Source: Mobula hypostoma (taxonomy: Eukaryota). From it: a stretch of 64,000 bases of DNA. Shown one piece after another: positions 50,663-62,421 of this stretch. Every line of letters starts with the position of its first letter. Positions within the stretch are counted from its first letter, which is position 1. The stretch is taken from contig NC_086108.1 of the NCBI RefSeq assembly GCF_963921235.1, positions 34,660,001 to 34,724,000 on the forward strand, in the 5' to 3' direction. A program made the translations under genes and the position numbers. The notes under the pieces are model-generated. The model saw only the letters and a list, made by a program, of their open reading frames with translations, did not search any database and was not told the origin of the DNA.

Positions 50663-53579
50663 ATCCTTTGAACATTAATGTGTAGGTTGCTTTAAGCGTC
50701 CCTTGTATTAGGCTGGAAGGGGAAGAGTTAATGTAAACTGTTTGGCTTTCTGAAACCAGGATTATGCACAAATGGTGCAACACATTTCACTGAGATTTGT
50801 GGTTGAGTTGCGGACCTCTGGTTGATTGAAACACTGAGCTGTGCACCACATATTAATCTGCACTCTGTTAAAATAAAACACATTGGAATGGCCATTATCA
50901 CCAGATCAATGCACGGTCTAGTAAGATCAAAGAACATTGCTGGCCAGCACTCAGCAGCTTCTAATAAATTCTCTTAAGTCCCAGAACACGTTGGGAGCAC
51001 AAACTGACATAACAGAAACACACAGAAGTATGAGGTCTGAGATGCAAAAGAAACATTGAATTTAGTTGGGGGAAAAATCTAACTGAAAGGAAGCAAATGT
51101 GCATTGCTAAATTGTTCAGGGAGTGTTTCATGATTTTATTTTCCTTCACCATAGATAAAGCTGGCTGTTTTTGAGCCACGGTTGATAGGTTCTATGAATA
51201 TATCACACTGGCAGTGCCTATAGAGATCTGAGCCAAGTGAAGTGACCTTTCTCGTGGACAATAATGTTAACCTCAGCATTGTGTGCGTGGCCTTAATTGA
51301 TGTCTAGCAGGTCCAGAGACTTTCTAGCTGAGTGCTTTTGCTATGGTACTGATTAATCAGTCAAGAGCACCAAGTTATTACCATCATTAACAGTGCCAGT
51401 CCAATTCCAAACAAATTCTTCATTGCATATCTCTCTTCATTTCAAGGTGACTGTGGTAGTTGCTTGGATGTAGTGAATGTTCTGCACCAAAGTGGTCAGA
51501 TATTTCATACAGCCCTATTTGGCATTGGGGATGAGTGATTGGAAAAGACATGGTTGCATAAATAGTACAGCCAATGTAGAGAACAGTCAGCTAGAAGTTC
51601 CATTCCAATGTTCATACTCCACACTCAGCTCTTCAACTTGTTTTACCTTATCCATATAACTTGTTGTTCCTTCATCATATTTTCCTCTCACTTTTTCTAA
51701 TCTGGTGTTTTCTCAACTAGACGTAATGCTAAGTTTCACATTCTATCCACTCTCTTAGTAAACAAGTTTGCTCTGAATTCTTAATGATTTTCTCTGCTCT
51801 TGGTCTTGACTTGCCACGCAAATGAAGATACAGTATATGTCCTTTTTCCCATTCATTTCTAGATAATGGGCACACTAGCAAAGGCAGTGTTTATCTCCCA
51901 TCCCTAGTGGCCCTTGAGAAGGTGGGGAGTTCTTGTCTTGAACCACTGCAGTCCCTTTCATGGGAATTCTAGCATTTAGACCCAGCAAGGATGAGGAAAT
52001 TATGAGATAGTTCCATCAGGATGGAGTGTGACTTAGAAAGAAAACTGCAGACAGAATCCTTTCATAATTCCAAAGATGACAATTGAATAAGCAGAAAGCC
52101 TTTTCCAATCAAGTTTCAATTTGGCCTTTCCTTAGAGTTACAAAATTAAGAAAATGTATACTCTGGGGTTGCCTTTGGTTAGTGAGTGTTTCTGAAGAGC
52201 CTCCCTGGTGATTACATTTCATGATTAATTTCATTTACAGCTAGTTATGAGGACTGAAATTATTAGGTTTTTTTATTGTCGGTAAGAATTAATTATTTCT
52301 TTTTAAATGCCAAGAGAATGATTCCTTTTAAATGTGGAAATAGCTTTGACTGGATATCGCACTGTTTCTATGCCATGCACTCAGTACAACTGTAAGTAAT
52401 GGAAGAGTGATCACACAGATCCTGTGCTCCAGGTCAAATACTGCATGGACGAGAACAGAGGCTTGGCCTGTGATGAAGCTGGTTGAGTCAAAGTCCCTTA
52501 GCAGCCTATTTTGATCCTGTGCATTGGAGCCTTAATACCAGGCAGTGATGGAATCAGTCTGAATGCCCTCCACTGTACACCTGACAGATCTGTATGTAAA
52601 TTATGCAATTTTGTAATGCAGTGCAAAAGTCATGTGTGTGAAGCATGTATGCATTCACTGCACAGACATGTACATTAAGTTGTCAGTTCACTATAAAATG
52701 TCAGTTCTTGTTCCAAGTCTCTTGGCGTCCCTCCTGGAGATTATTATAGATCTATATTGCATATACTACAAGGCTGGCTTACAGGGCACCCTCCAGGTAA
52801 TATTACCAATAAAAGACTAGTGAGAGACTTAATCCTCTGAAAGACCATTTCGGCCGCCTGTGTGTGGAGCCACAGGAGATGGCCAAGATCTTTAATGTAT
52901 GTTTCTCTTTGTTATTTATTGAAGTGAATATCATGGATTCCAAAGAAATTAGATTAGATTATGAGGACACGCAGTCCTCTTTTATTGTCATTTAGTAATG
53001 CATGCATTAAGAAATGATACAATGTTCCTCCGGAATGATATCACAGAAACACAAGACAAACCAAGACTGAAAAACTGGCAGAAACCCACATAATTATAAC
53101 ATATAGTTACAACAGTGCAAAGCAATACCGTAATTTGATAAAGAACAGACCATGGGCACGGTAAAAAAAAGTCTCGAAGTCTCTTGAAAGTCCCATTGTC
53201 TCATGCAGACGGTAGAAGGAAGAGAAACTCTCTTCCTGCCATGAGCTTCCAGCACTGCAAACTTGCCGATGCAGCACCCTGGAAGCACCCGACCACAGCT
53301 GACTCTTGAGTCCATCCAAAAACTTCGAGCCTCCAACCAGCCCTCTGACACTGAGCACCGAGCACCATCTCTGCCACACACTTCTACCCCGGCCCCGGCA
53401 ACAGGCAATAGGCAAAGCCAAGGATTTGGGGCCTTCCCCTCCAGAGATTCTCGATCACACATTAGCAGCGGTAGCGAAGTGGGCATTTCAGAAGTTTCTC
53501 CAGATGTTCCTCCGTGCTTCTCACGGCTGTCTCCATCAAATCAGGATTGTGCACGGAATCCTACTTCACGAATACAATA

Positions 53580-56145
53580 AATGAGGGTAATAAGAAGTGA
53601 AGTCTTGGATTATATGCATGTTACAAGAAAGGGGGTATTTGCAGCCTTGAAGCACATTAAGGTGGATGAATCCTTGGTACTGTAATACCATAAGACGTAG
53701 GAGCAGTATTAGGCCAGTCAGCCTTTTGAGTCTGCTGCACCATTTCATCATGCCTGATCTATTATCCCTCTCAACCCCATTCTTCTGACTTCTCCCCATA
53801 ACCTTTGATGCCCTGACTAATCAAGAACCTAGCAACCTCCACATTAAAATGTACCCAATGACTTGGTACCTAACCAGGTGCACCACCAGACCTTATGGAA
53901 GGCCAGGGAAGAAATCACTGGGACCCTCATAGTGATATTTGTTCTATTGTTACCCATTGGCAAAGTTCCAGAAGACTGGAGGATGACAGGAGTTATTCCA
54001 TTGTTCAAGAAAGGTAGCAAGGACGAGCCAGGGAACTACAGGTTACTCTATGGAATTACAGGGACAAGATCTACCATCAGTTTGGATAGTCCTGGTCTGA
54101 TCAGGGATAGTCAGCATGCTTTATGCATGCGAGGTCATGTCTGATGAGCTTTTTGTAGTTCTGCCAAGAGATAATTTATGGGATAGATGAAGGCAGGGCG
54201 GCTGATGTTGTTTATATCGACAAGGTCACGCATGACAGGTTGATGTGGAAGGTTAAGTTGCATGGTACTCAGGGAGCTAACAAGGTGGGTTAAGGATTAG
54301 TTCAATGACGGGAAGCAATATGTGACGGTTGAATGTCAATTCTCTGAAGACCTGTGCCCAAGGGGCCAGGGCTGGGACCTCTGTTATTCATTATGTATGT
54401 AAATGATTTGGATTTGACTATACATGGCACGATTTGTAAGTTTGCAGATGGTAATAGTGTATTTTTTGTCATAGAGTCATAGAACACTACAACACAGAAA
54501 CCTCAGCCAATCTAGCCCACGCTGAATTATTAATCTGCCTAGTCCCATTGATCTGCAACCAGACCTTCACCCTCCATATCCCTGCCATCCATGTACCAAT
54601 CTAAATTTCACTTCGATGTTGAAATCGACCATGGATCCACCACTTGAACCAGCAGCTCATTCTACACACTCACCACCTCTGAGTGAAGATGTTCCAACTC
54701 ATGTTTCCCTCAAATATTTCACCTTTCACCCTTAACCCATGACATTTAGTTGTAGCCTCGCCAAACCTCGGTGGAAAAAGACGAGAAAATCTGCGGATGC
54801 TGGAAATGCAAGCGACCCACACATAGTGCCAGAGGAACTCAGCAGGTCAGGCGGCATCTATGGAAAAGAGTAAACTGATGAAGGGTCTCGGCTTGAAACA
54901 TTGACTGTTTATTCTTTTCCAGAGACACTGCCTGACCTGCTGAGCTGCTCCAGCATCTTGTGTTTGTTGCTCAGTGGAAGAAGCTTGTTTGCATTTGCAG
55001 TATCTATACCCTCATCATTTTGTATACCCCTGTCAAGTCTCACCTCAATCTTCTGCGTTCCAGGGATTAAAGTCATAACCTTGTCAAACTTTCTCTATAA
55101 CTGAGGTCCTCAAGTCTCTGTTCTCTATCAATCTTATTTATATCTTTACTGTAGGAAGGTGACCAAAACTGCTCACTATATTCCAAATTAGGCCTCACCA
55201 ATGTCCTATACAACTTCAATATAACATTCCAACTCCTGTACTCAATATATTTTATTTATGAAGGCCAATATGCCAAAAGCTTTCTTTACAAGCCTATCTC
55301 TCTCCACCACTTTCAAGGAATTATTGATCTATATTCCCAGATCCCTCTGTTCTACTTTACACTTCAATGTCCAAACACTCACTTATATAAGACCTACCTT
55401 GGTTGGTCCTCCCAAAAGTGAAATACCTCAGGCTTGTCTGAATTAAATTCCATCTTTCATTTTTCAGCCCACTTTTCCAACTGGCCCAGATCCTGCTACA
55501 AGCTTTGATAATCTTCCTCACTGTCCATAAGATCCCCAATCTTGGTCATCCAGAAACTTGTTGGTCCAGTTTACCACATTATCATCCAGATCGTTAATAT
55601 AGATGCATAACAACAACATACTCAGCACCATTTCCTGTGGCATACAGGACATTGTATACAGTTTTGGTCATCCTGTTATTAGGAAAGCTGGGCTGGGTGT
55701 ACAAGATGTTGACAACGATACTGCCTGGATTAGAGGGCTTAAGTTATAGGGAGAGGTTGATCACACTAGACCTTTATTCCTTAGAATTCAGAAGAATGAG
55801 GGTGACCTCATCAAAAGTTATAAAATTCATGAGGGGTATGGATAAGGTGGACAGTTGTTGCCTTTTCCCCAGGATTGGGGCGTCCAAAACAAGAGGTCAC
55901 AGATACAAGAGGGGAGAGATTTAAAAGAGACCTGAGGCGTAACTTCTTTACACAGAGGCTAATGGGCTGCAGACAAAGTGGTTGACGCAGGGACAATTTC
56001 AAGATTTAAGAGGCATTGGTACTGCTATATAGAGAAAAGGTGTTTGGAGAGTTATACGTTGAAGATGGACAACTGAGACCAGCAGGGAGAATGGTGTGGT
56101 TGACATGGAGTAGTTGGGCCAAAGGACCTGTTTCTATCCTATACT
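53580..56145. mobile_element. Nested CR1 fragments: + strand host (53580-54460, 55636-56145) with - strand inserts (53685-53860, 54470-55635)
   Basis: ORF 53863 KVPEDWRM..VIPLFKKGSKDEPGNYR; aagtttgcagatg at 54438; ORF 55637 LYSLEFRRMR; - strand tails at 53690 and 54470. Confidence 0.78.
54781..54972. repeat. Palindromic Penelope-derived repeat with hammerhead core in the loop
   Basis: Arms ~54810-54874 and ~54907-54972 are complementary; the loop reads CTGATGA-AGGGTCTCGGCTT-GAAA-CATTGACTG (54875-54907). Confidence 0.72.
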
Positions 56146-56303
56146 ACGGACTAACACTTTGACTACCTACAGTGTGACTGCTTTTAATTCCCACTGCCAA
56201 GGTGTCTTCCCACCAGGTAGCAGAAGCTCAGGAAAGAGGGGCCTTGCAGCATTATTGCTACATTATGTTAACTCCCATGTGTTCAGTTAATACTATGAAA
56301 GTA

Positions 56304-56986
56304 CAGGTTGAGTACACCTTATCCAAAATTCCAAAGCCAAAAATCTCAAAATCTGAAATTTTTGTTAGCATTGACATGATGTCATAAATGGAAAATTCCA
56401 CAAGATACTGGGAAGGTTCCCAGGCAATGTGTGGGTTTCTGCACATCATGGACAGTTCTGAGAAGTGACCGCACATACTGTATGACATGAACAAGTCTAC
56501 GATGCTGATTGATTTTATGCTTTACATAACGATATCAAACTTTTAAGTGTCACTGATGAAAATCTAACACCACAACAAGTCTACAAAGCTTATTGTTCTT
56601 ATACCTTACATAAAACCTTAAAAAAAAGTAAAATACGGAAACAGTGCACTGTAACCTTTTAATCAAAACATCCATTGTAGGTGGAGACTGAGAGCCTGAC
56701 ATTGTTTGTTGTATTCAACAGCTGATTCAGGTATTCTCCCGATGCTGTTTGTGTTACTCTGCACACATTATATTTTCATTATATTAATGGTCTGTGATAA
56801 TTTTTACTGTCAAGTGAATATGTGGGATGAACAAGTGTCAGACAAAGACTGCTTACCATAGCACATAAATTCAGAGTCTGAGATCATAGCGATCCCAAGC
56901 TATCTCATATATTCAAAAATCAGAAAAAATCCAAAATCCAAATCACTTCCAGCCCGAAGCTTTTTGGATAAGGGCTGCCCAACCTG
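56304..56986. mobile_element. Tigger/pogo-type non-autonomous DNA transposon
   Basis: TA-caggttgagtacaccttatcc ... ggataagggctgcccaacctg-TA. Confidence 0.82.
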
Positions 56987-57294
56987 TACGAGGTTTTTAA
57001 TGGCAAGTTCTCTGATTAATCTCCTTTTGAATAAATCTGCCCACTGCATTGGGGAATTAATCATTGCAGTTCCTAGCAACACTAGCATTCCGTTCACATA
57101 AGCAAAGTGGCAGTCACATAAGGAAAAACTGATTTTCTGCTATACAGAACCTTTTGATGACCTTAATTACCACGGCTGATCAAATTTGGTTTAGTTGGCT
57201 CAATGTATGACTAATGTGGAGTGATTTTTCTATGTTGGCTATCTTGTTGTCTGAATGTATTGCACGGAAAACCTAAAATAATAGCGGAAAATAT

Positions 57295-57505
57295 AAATAC
57301 GTGAAAGCCTACAGATGCTGGAAATCCAAAGCAACACTATTGAAATGAATAAACAGTCGATGTTTTGGACCAGGACCCTTCTGCCTGACCTGCTTTCCTC
57401 CAACATTTTGTGTGTAATAGCAGAAACTGCCAGAAGCACTCAGCAGATTAGGTGATGTCTGTGAGAAGAGAAGCAGGGTAATATTTTGGGTTGAAGGCCC
57501 TCCGA
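57295..57505. repeat. Degenerate/deleted Penelope-derived inverted repeat copies
   Basis: cagatgctggaaatcc, aaacagtcgatgttttggaccaggacccttc, gcctgacctgct...cattttgtgtgt. Confidence 0.55.
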
Positions 57506-59070
57506 TAAATGCTGGAGATACTTAGAGGTCTGACCTTTTGAATATCACTAACCTAAAATAATTCTGGGTTTACCTACCATATTAGGTATGTGCCTGCAAT
57601 TGTAGTAGTGGAAAAGTGATTTGTTGATGTACATTTCAAAGCTATAATTGTAAACTCAAATTCAATACTGGAATTTATTAATAACATCACTGTTATTTTA
57701 GCTATTGCATTACAGACCATTTATTTAATACTGGTGTAATTCATGTTCTGATCATAAATTATGCATATGATGATTTGTTTAGTATTTACCTAGTTATATA
57801 ACAGTAAGTGTTGATACCTAGGCATTAGTCATGTTACTATTGCTGTTGAGTGATGATACTGTCTTAACAAGCATTCATCTCCCTGATGAAGCCCAGTAGC
57901 AGGCAATTATTTAAATTAGATCAAATTTGCCTTCTCAAAACACTGCTCTCCTGGACTATTATCGAGATTACTTCAGGCTCTAATAGGTAACTAGATGTTT
58001 TTCTAAAGTTGCCTCTCCCAAGGACTTTCTATGATGCTTCATAGAGCTGCAAAGTCTTGTCTTTGTTTTTGCTTACAGTTCTCTCTCTCAATCCCCAATC
58101 TTGAGACAGAGAGGTGTGGTCTGAGACTTTACTTGTGGGATAGCTCACCTTCTTGTTTGTAAGAGGTTTTCTGTAATCTCGGGCTGAAAGGGAAAGTAAT
58201 ATTTAAAAAAATGCTATGTTATTTATTCTCCGTTAACTTGAATTTGTTGTCAAAATGTTTCTTTAGTTGGTGGATTACTAGTTACTGTTTATACATGCAT
58301 ATTTGAAGTCTGATTTATATATTCAAGGTGAAACAAAGCACAGTGTTTCAAAGTTTCAAAGTACATTTATTATCAAAGAATGTATAAATTATACAACCTT
58401 GAGATTTGTTTGTTTATGGGCAGTCGCAAAGCAAGGAACCCGAGAGAACCCAATTTTAAAAAATAAGACCATTCCAACAGTGCCCACAGAGAACGAGGAA
58501 AAAAAAACACAAATCAAATCGTATAAATAATAGAAGCAACAGCAACAGCATTCTGAACTAAACTGAGTCCTTAAACCCAAATCCCTGGAGTAGGCCCAAA
58601 GCCTCGGTATTCAGTTCATCATATTAGCAGGGTAAATCGCTGCAAAGTTCGTAGACACGAAGCACAGCAACCGGGGGCAGTCTTATAGCCTTAGCATCAT
58701 GAAGAGAGAAGCCGCCAGACTATCCAGGCTGGCGTTTAAGTAGTCCGAACCTCGCATTAGCTTCGAGTGCATAACACAGTGCATAGCTATCATTTGAACC
58801 TAGTAGCATTGTCCATTGGTTGGTTTAACTATTCTTTGCCAAAATTCCCTTCGTGATTCTATTGAAGAGTAAAATCTCTGTATTTCTAAGCTACACTTGT
58901 GACCACTCTCCCTTCACCCTCTCCCTCGTTCTGCTGTTTTCCCTTCCACTCACCACCATTCATTCATCCACTTTACTTGTTTTACTTCTTTATAGCCCCT
59001 TCTGTTGCCCTCTTTGTTATCTCTCTCTTACCCTCTCTTTCAGAGGTAACATTCTTTCAGAATTCTGCTC

Positions 59071-59123
59071 TGGTTTCCAAGGATGTGACCGTTGATCATG
59101 GTTTCCAAGGATGTGACCACTGA
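59071..59123. repeat. 28-bp-period tandem duplication
   Basis: tggtttccaaggatgtgacc at 59071 and 59099. Confidence 0.85.
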
Positions 59124-59764
59124 CTGTACACTCTAGCTGTTTTAGTTAACACTTCTGTGGAGGGTGTTTGCAGTAATGGCCAATTTGTTTAACAATAGCA
59201 GTAGACAGCAGATAATTAATTTACACATTAATATCCACTTTGACTGCTTTGTATATAAAAGAATTCAAATTATGTTGAATATTTTTATGGTAAGGTTTGT
59301 TTGGTAATTTCCACATATTTCTTGACTATAGAGTGACAACCTGGTTGTGTGTATACAACCACGTTAACTTCGGAAGGTGTAAGGACAATGGCAGCAACTT
59401 GTTTAAGGCAGTGATAGCTAAAGTCCTGGGCTGCTCATTACTTTTAGTGTCATATTGTGTAAGGAATGCCATTTGGGCCATCATTTCTAAGCTGGCCCTT
59501 TGAAAGACAGCTCAGTGAGACTCGCTGCCTGCTCTTTCCCTGTTCCTTGTCAATTTCTTCTGTTTCATATGTACCCAGTTCTCTTGTGGAAGTTACAGTT
59601 GAATCTGCTTCCATTATCTTATCAGGTGATGAGTTTTAGGTCAAAGCAACCAGTTGCCTCGCTTTGATTCTAATCTTATCATTACTTTAACTTTCTGTCT
59701 TGATCAACCCTCTTTCCAGTGGAAAGGGAACTAAGTTCAGTACTAGGACAGTAGATGAGAAGGC

Positions 59765-60529
59765 CCCCATTACAATTGTGACATTACGTTTATTACATGC
59801 CCTTTCCAGCTCCCTTTGCAATCTCAACCCTACATCTTGACTACTATTTGGAGGCCTGTATATGATTCACATAATGTTTTTTTTTCACCCTTGCATTTTC
59901 TTAACTCCACCCACAAAGATTCAACATTGTCCAACCCTATGTCACCTCTTTCTAAAGATGCAATTCCATCTCTTAACCACAGAGCCACACTACTGCCTCT
60001 GCCTTCCTTTCGATGCAATGTATATCCTTTGATATTAAGTTCCCAACTATGATCCTCTTTCATCCACGAGTCAGTGATGCCCACAACATCATTTCAACCA
60101 ATCTTTAATTGCGCCACGAGTTCATCCACCATATTCCAAATACTACGTGCATTTAAATACAGCACCCTCAGTCCTGCATCCTTTGCCTTTTTGAATTTTG
60201 CCTCTGTGGTACAATTTAACTCTTGGCACTGTCTGCATTTGTACCCAATCATTGGCTTGTCCTTCCTTACATTCATGTTACACCCACCATCTACTTGTAA
60301 ACCTGCTGGTTCATTCTCAGCTCTGTCATACTTGTTCCCATCCCCCTGCCATATTAGTTTAAACCAGTCCCAACATGTCTGGTAAACCTGCTTGCAAAGG
60401 TATTGGTCCCCCTCAGATTCAGGTGCAACACATCTCTTTTGTACTGGTCTCACCTGCCCCAGAAGAGGTCCCAATTGTCCAGAAATCTGAATCACTGCCC
60501 CCTACTCCAATTCTTCAGCCGTGCGTTTA
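59765..60529 (-). mobile_element. Internal CR1 fragment (third subfamily): ORF1 C-terminus, junction, endonuclease N-terminus
   Basis: Reads ...YKRDVLHLNLRGTNTFASRFTRHVGTGLN* then LRVLYLNARSI and GITDSW...VESLWVELR. No 3' tail. Confidence 0.88.
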
Positions 60530-62421
60530 TCTGGCACCTCAAGTGCATGGACGTCAGCGAGTTAGAACAGCAAGAAGAGTTTAAAAGGACGTAGCTTTAT
60601 AGAGCAGGAGTCAGAGGACCGAGTGACAGAGTCAAGGGAGACAGAGTAGGAGGGCTTTGGCTCAACAGGGCTTTGGTGATAACAGGCCAAAGCGAGGTCA
60701 GTTACTTGTGAAGAATAGAAACAGGAAGTATGTCTGCGAGACCGGTGTTCTGTACTGAGTGTCAGATGTGGGAAGTCCGGGAGACTCTCAGCCTCCCAGA
60801 CGGTCACAACTACGCCTGGTGCATTGAGCTCCAGCTCCTTAGGGACCAGCTTAGAGAACTGGAGATGCAGCTCGATGACCTTCGTCTGGTCAGGGAGAGT
60901 GAGGAGGTGATAGAGAGGAGTTATAGGTAAGTAGTCACACCAGGGCCTTGGGAGACAAGTAAGTGGATAACAGGAGAGGGAAGGGCAAGAGTCAGATACT
61001 AGAGAGTACCCCAGGGCTGTCCCCCTTAATAGGAAGGTTTGCTAAGGCTATTGGGGAGAGTTTAAACCAGAATTGCTGGGGGGTGGGAACCGAGCTGAAG
61101 AGACAGAGGATGGGGCGGTTTGCTCACAAATAGAGAAAGCTTATAGACAGTGCGAGAGGGAGGGTAGGCAAGTGATAGAGAAGGATACGCTCAGACCGAT
61201 GGTTTGAGATGTGTCAATTTTAATGCAAGGGGTATTATGAACAAAGTGGATGAGCTTAGAATGTTGATCAGTACTTGGAACTATGATATTGTGGCCATTA
61301 CAAAGACTTGGATGGTTCAGGGGCAGGAATGGCTACTTAGAGTACCAGGCTATTGATGTTTCAGAAAGTACAAGGAGGGAGGCGAAAGAGGTGGGGGCGT
61401 GGCACTGCTGATCAGAGATAGTGTCACAGCTGCAGAAAAGAGAGAAGTCATGGAGGGATTGTCTACTGAGTCTTTGTGGGTGCAAGTTAGGAACAGGAAG
61501 GGGTCAAAATCTCTACTGGGTGTTTTTTATAGACCACGAGGAGCAGATAGGGAGACAGATTCTGGAAAGGTGTAATAATAACAGGGTTGTCGTGGTCAGA
61601 GATTTTAATTTCTCAAATATTGATTGGCATTTCCCTAGAGCAAGGGGTTAAGATGGGGTGGAGTTTGTTAGGTGTGTTCAGGAAGGTTTCTTGACGTCAT
61701 ATGTAGATAAGCCTACAAGAGGAGAGGCTGTACTTGATCTGGTGTTGGGAAATGAACCTGGTAAGGTGTCAGATCTCTCAGTGGGAGAGCATTTTGGAGA
61801 TAGTGATCACAATTCTATCTCCTTTACCTGTTCATGTGTTGGAGAGGGATAGGGATAGACGAGTTAGGAAAGTGTTTAATTGTAGTAAGGGGAAATATGA
61901 GGCTATCAGGCAGGAATTTGGAAGCATAAATTAGGAACAGGTGTTTTCAGGGAAATGTACGGCAGAAATGTGGCAAATGTTCAGGGGGTATTTGCGTGGT
62001 GTTCTGCATTGGTATGTTCCAGTGAGACAGAGAAAGGATGGTAGGGTACAGGAACCATAGTGTGCAAAGGCCTTTGTAAATCTAGTCAAGAAGAAAAGAA
62101 AAGCTTTTGAAAGGTTCAAAAAACTAGGTAATAATAGAGATCTAGAAGATTATAAAACTAGCAGGAAGGAGCTTAAGGATAAAATTAGGAGAGACAGAAG
62201 GGGCCATGAGAAGGCCTTGGCAGATAGGATTAAGGAAAACCTCAAGGCATTCTACAAGTATCTGAAGAGCAAGAGGATAAGATGTGAGAGAATAGGACCA
62301 ATCAAGTGCGACAGTGGAAAAATGTGTATGGAACCGGAGGAGATAGCAGAGGTACTTAACGAATACTTCGCTTCTGTATTCACTACAGAAAAGGACCTTG
62401 GTGATTGTAGGGATGACATAC
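60530..62421 (+). mobile_element. Older CR1 (different subfamily): 5'UTR, ORF1 N-terminus, esterase deleted, degenerate endonuclease/tether; interrupted by the young CR1
   Basis: ORF 60730 MSARPVFCTECQMWEV...LQLLRDQLRELEMQLDDLRLVRESEE; ORFs at 61658 and 62217 are ORF2 homologues with stops and frameshifts. Confidence 0.9.

Noticed and set aside
59765..61100. Head-to-head CR1 pieces as one twin-primed (5'-inverted) insertion
   Set aside because: Both pieces include the ORF1/ORF2 junction and their linker sequences differ strongly, so they are separate subfamilies.
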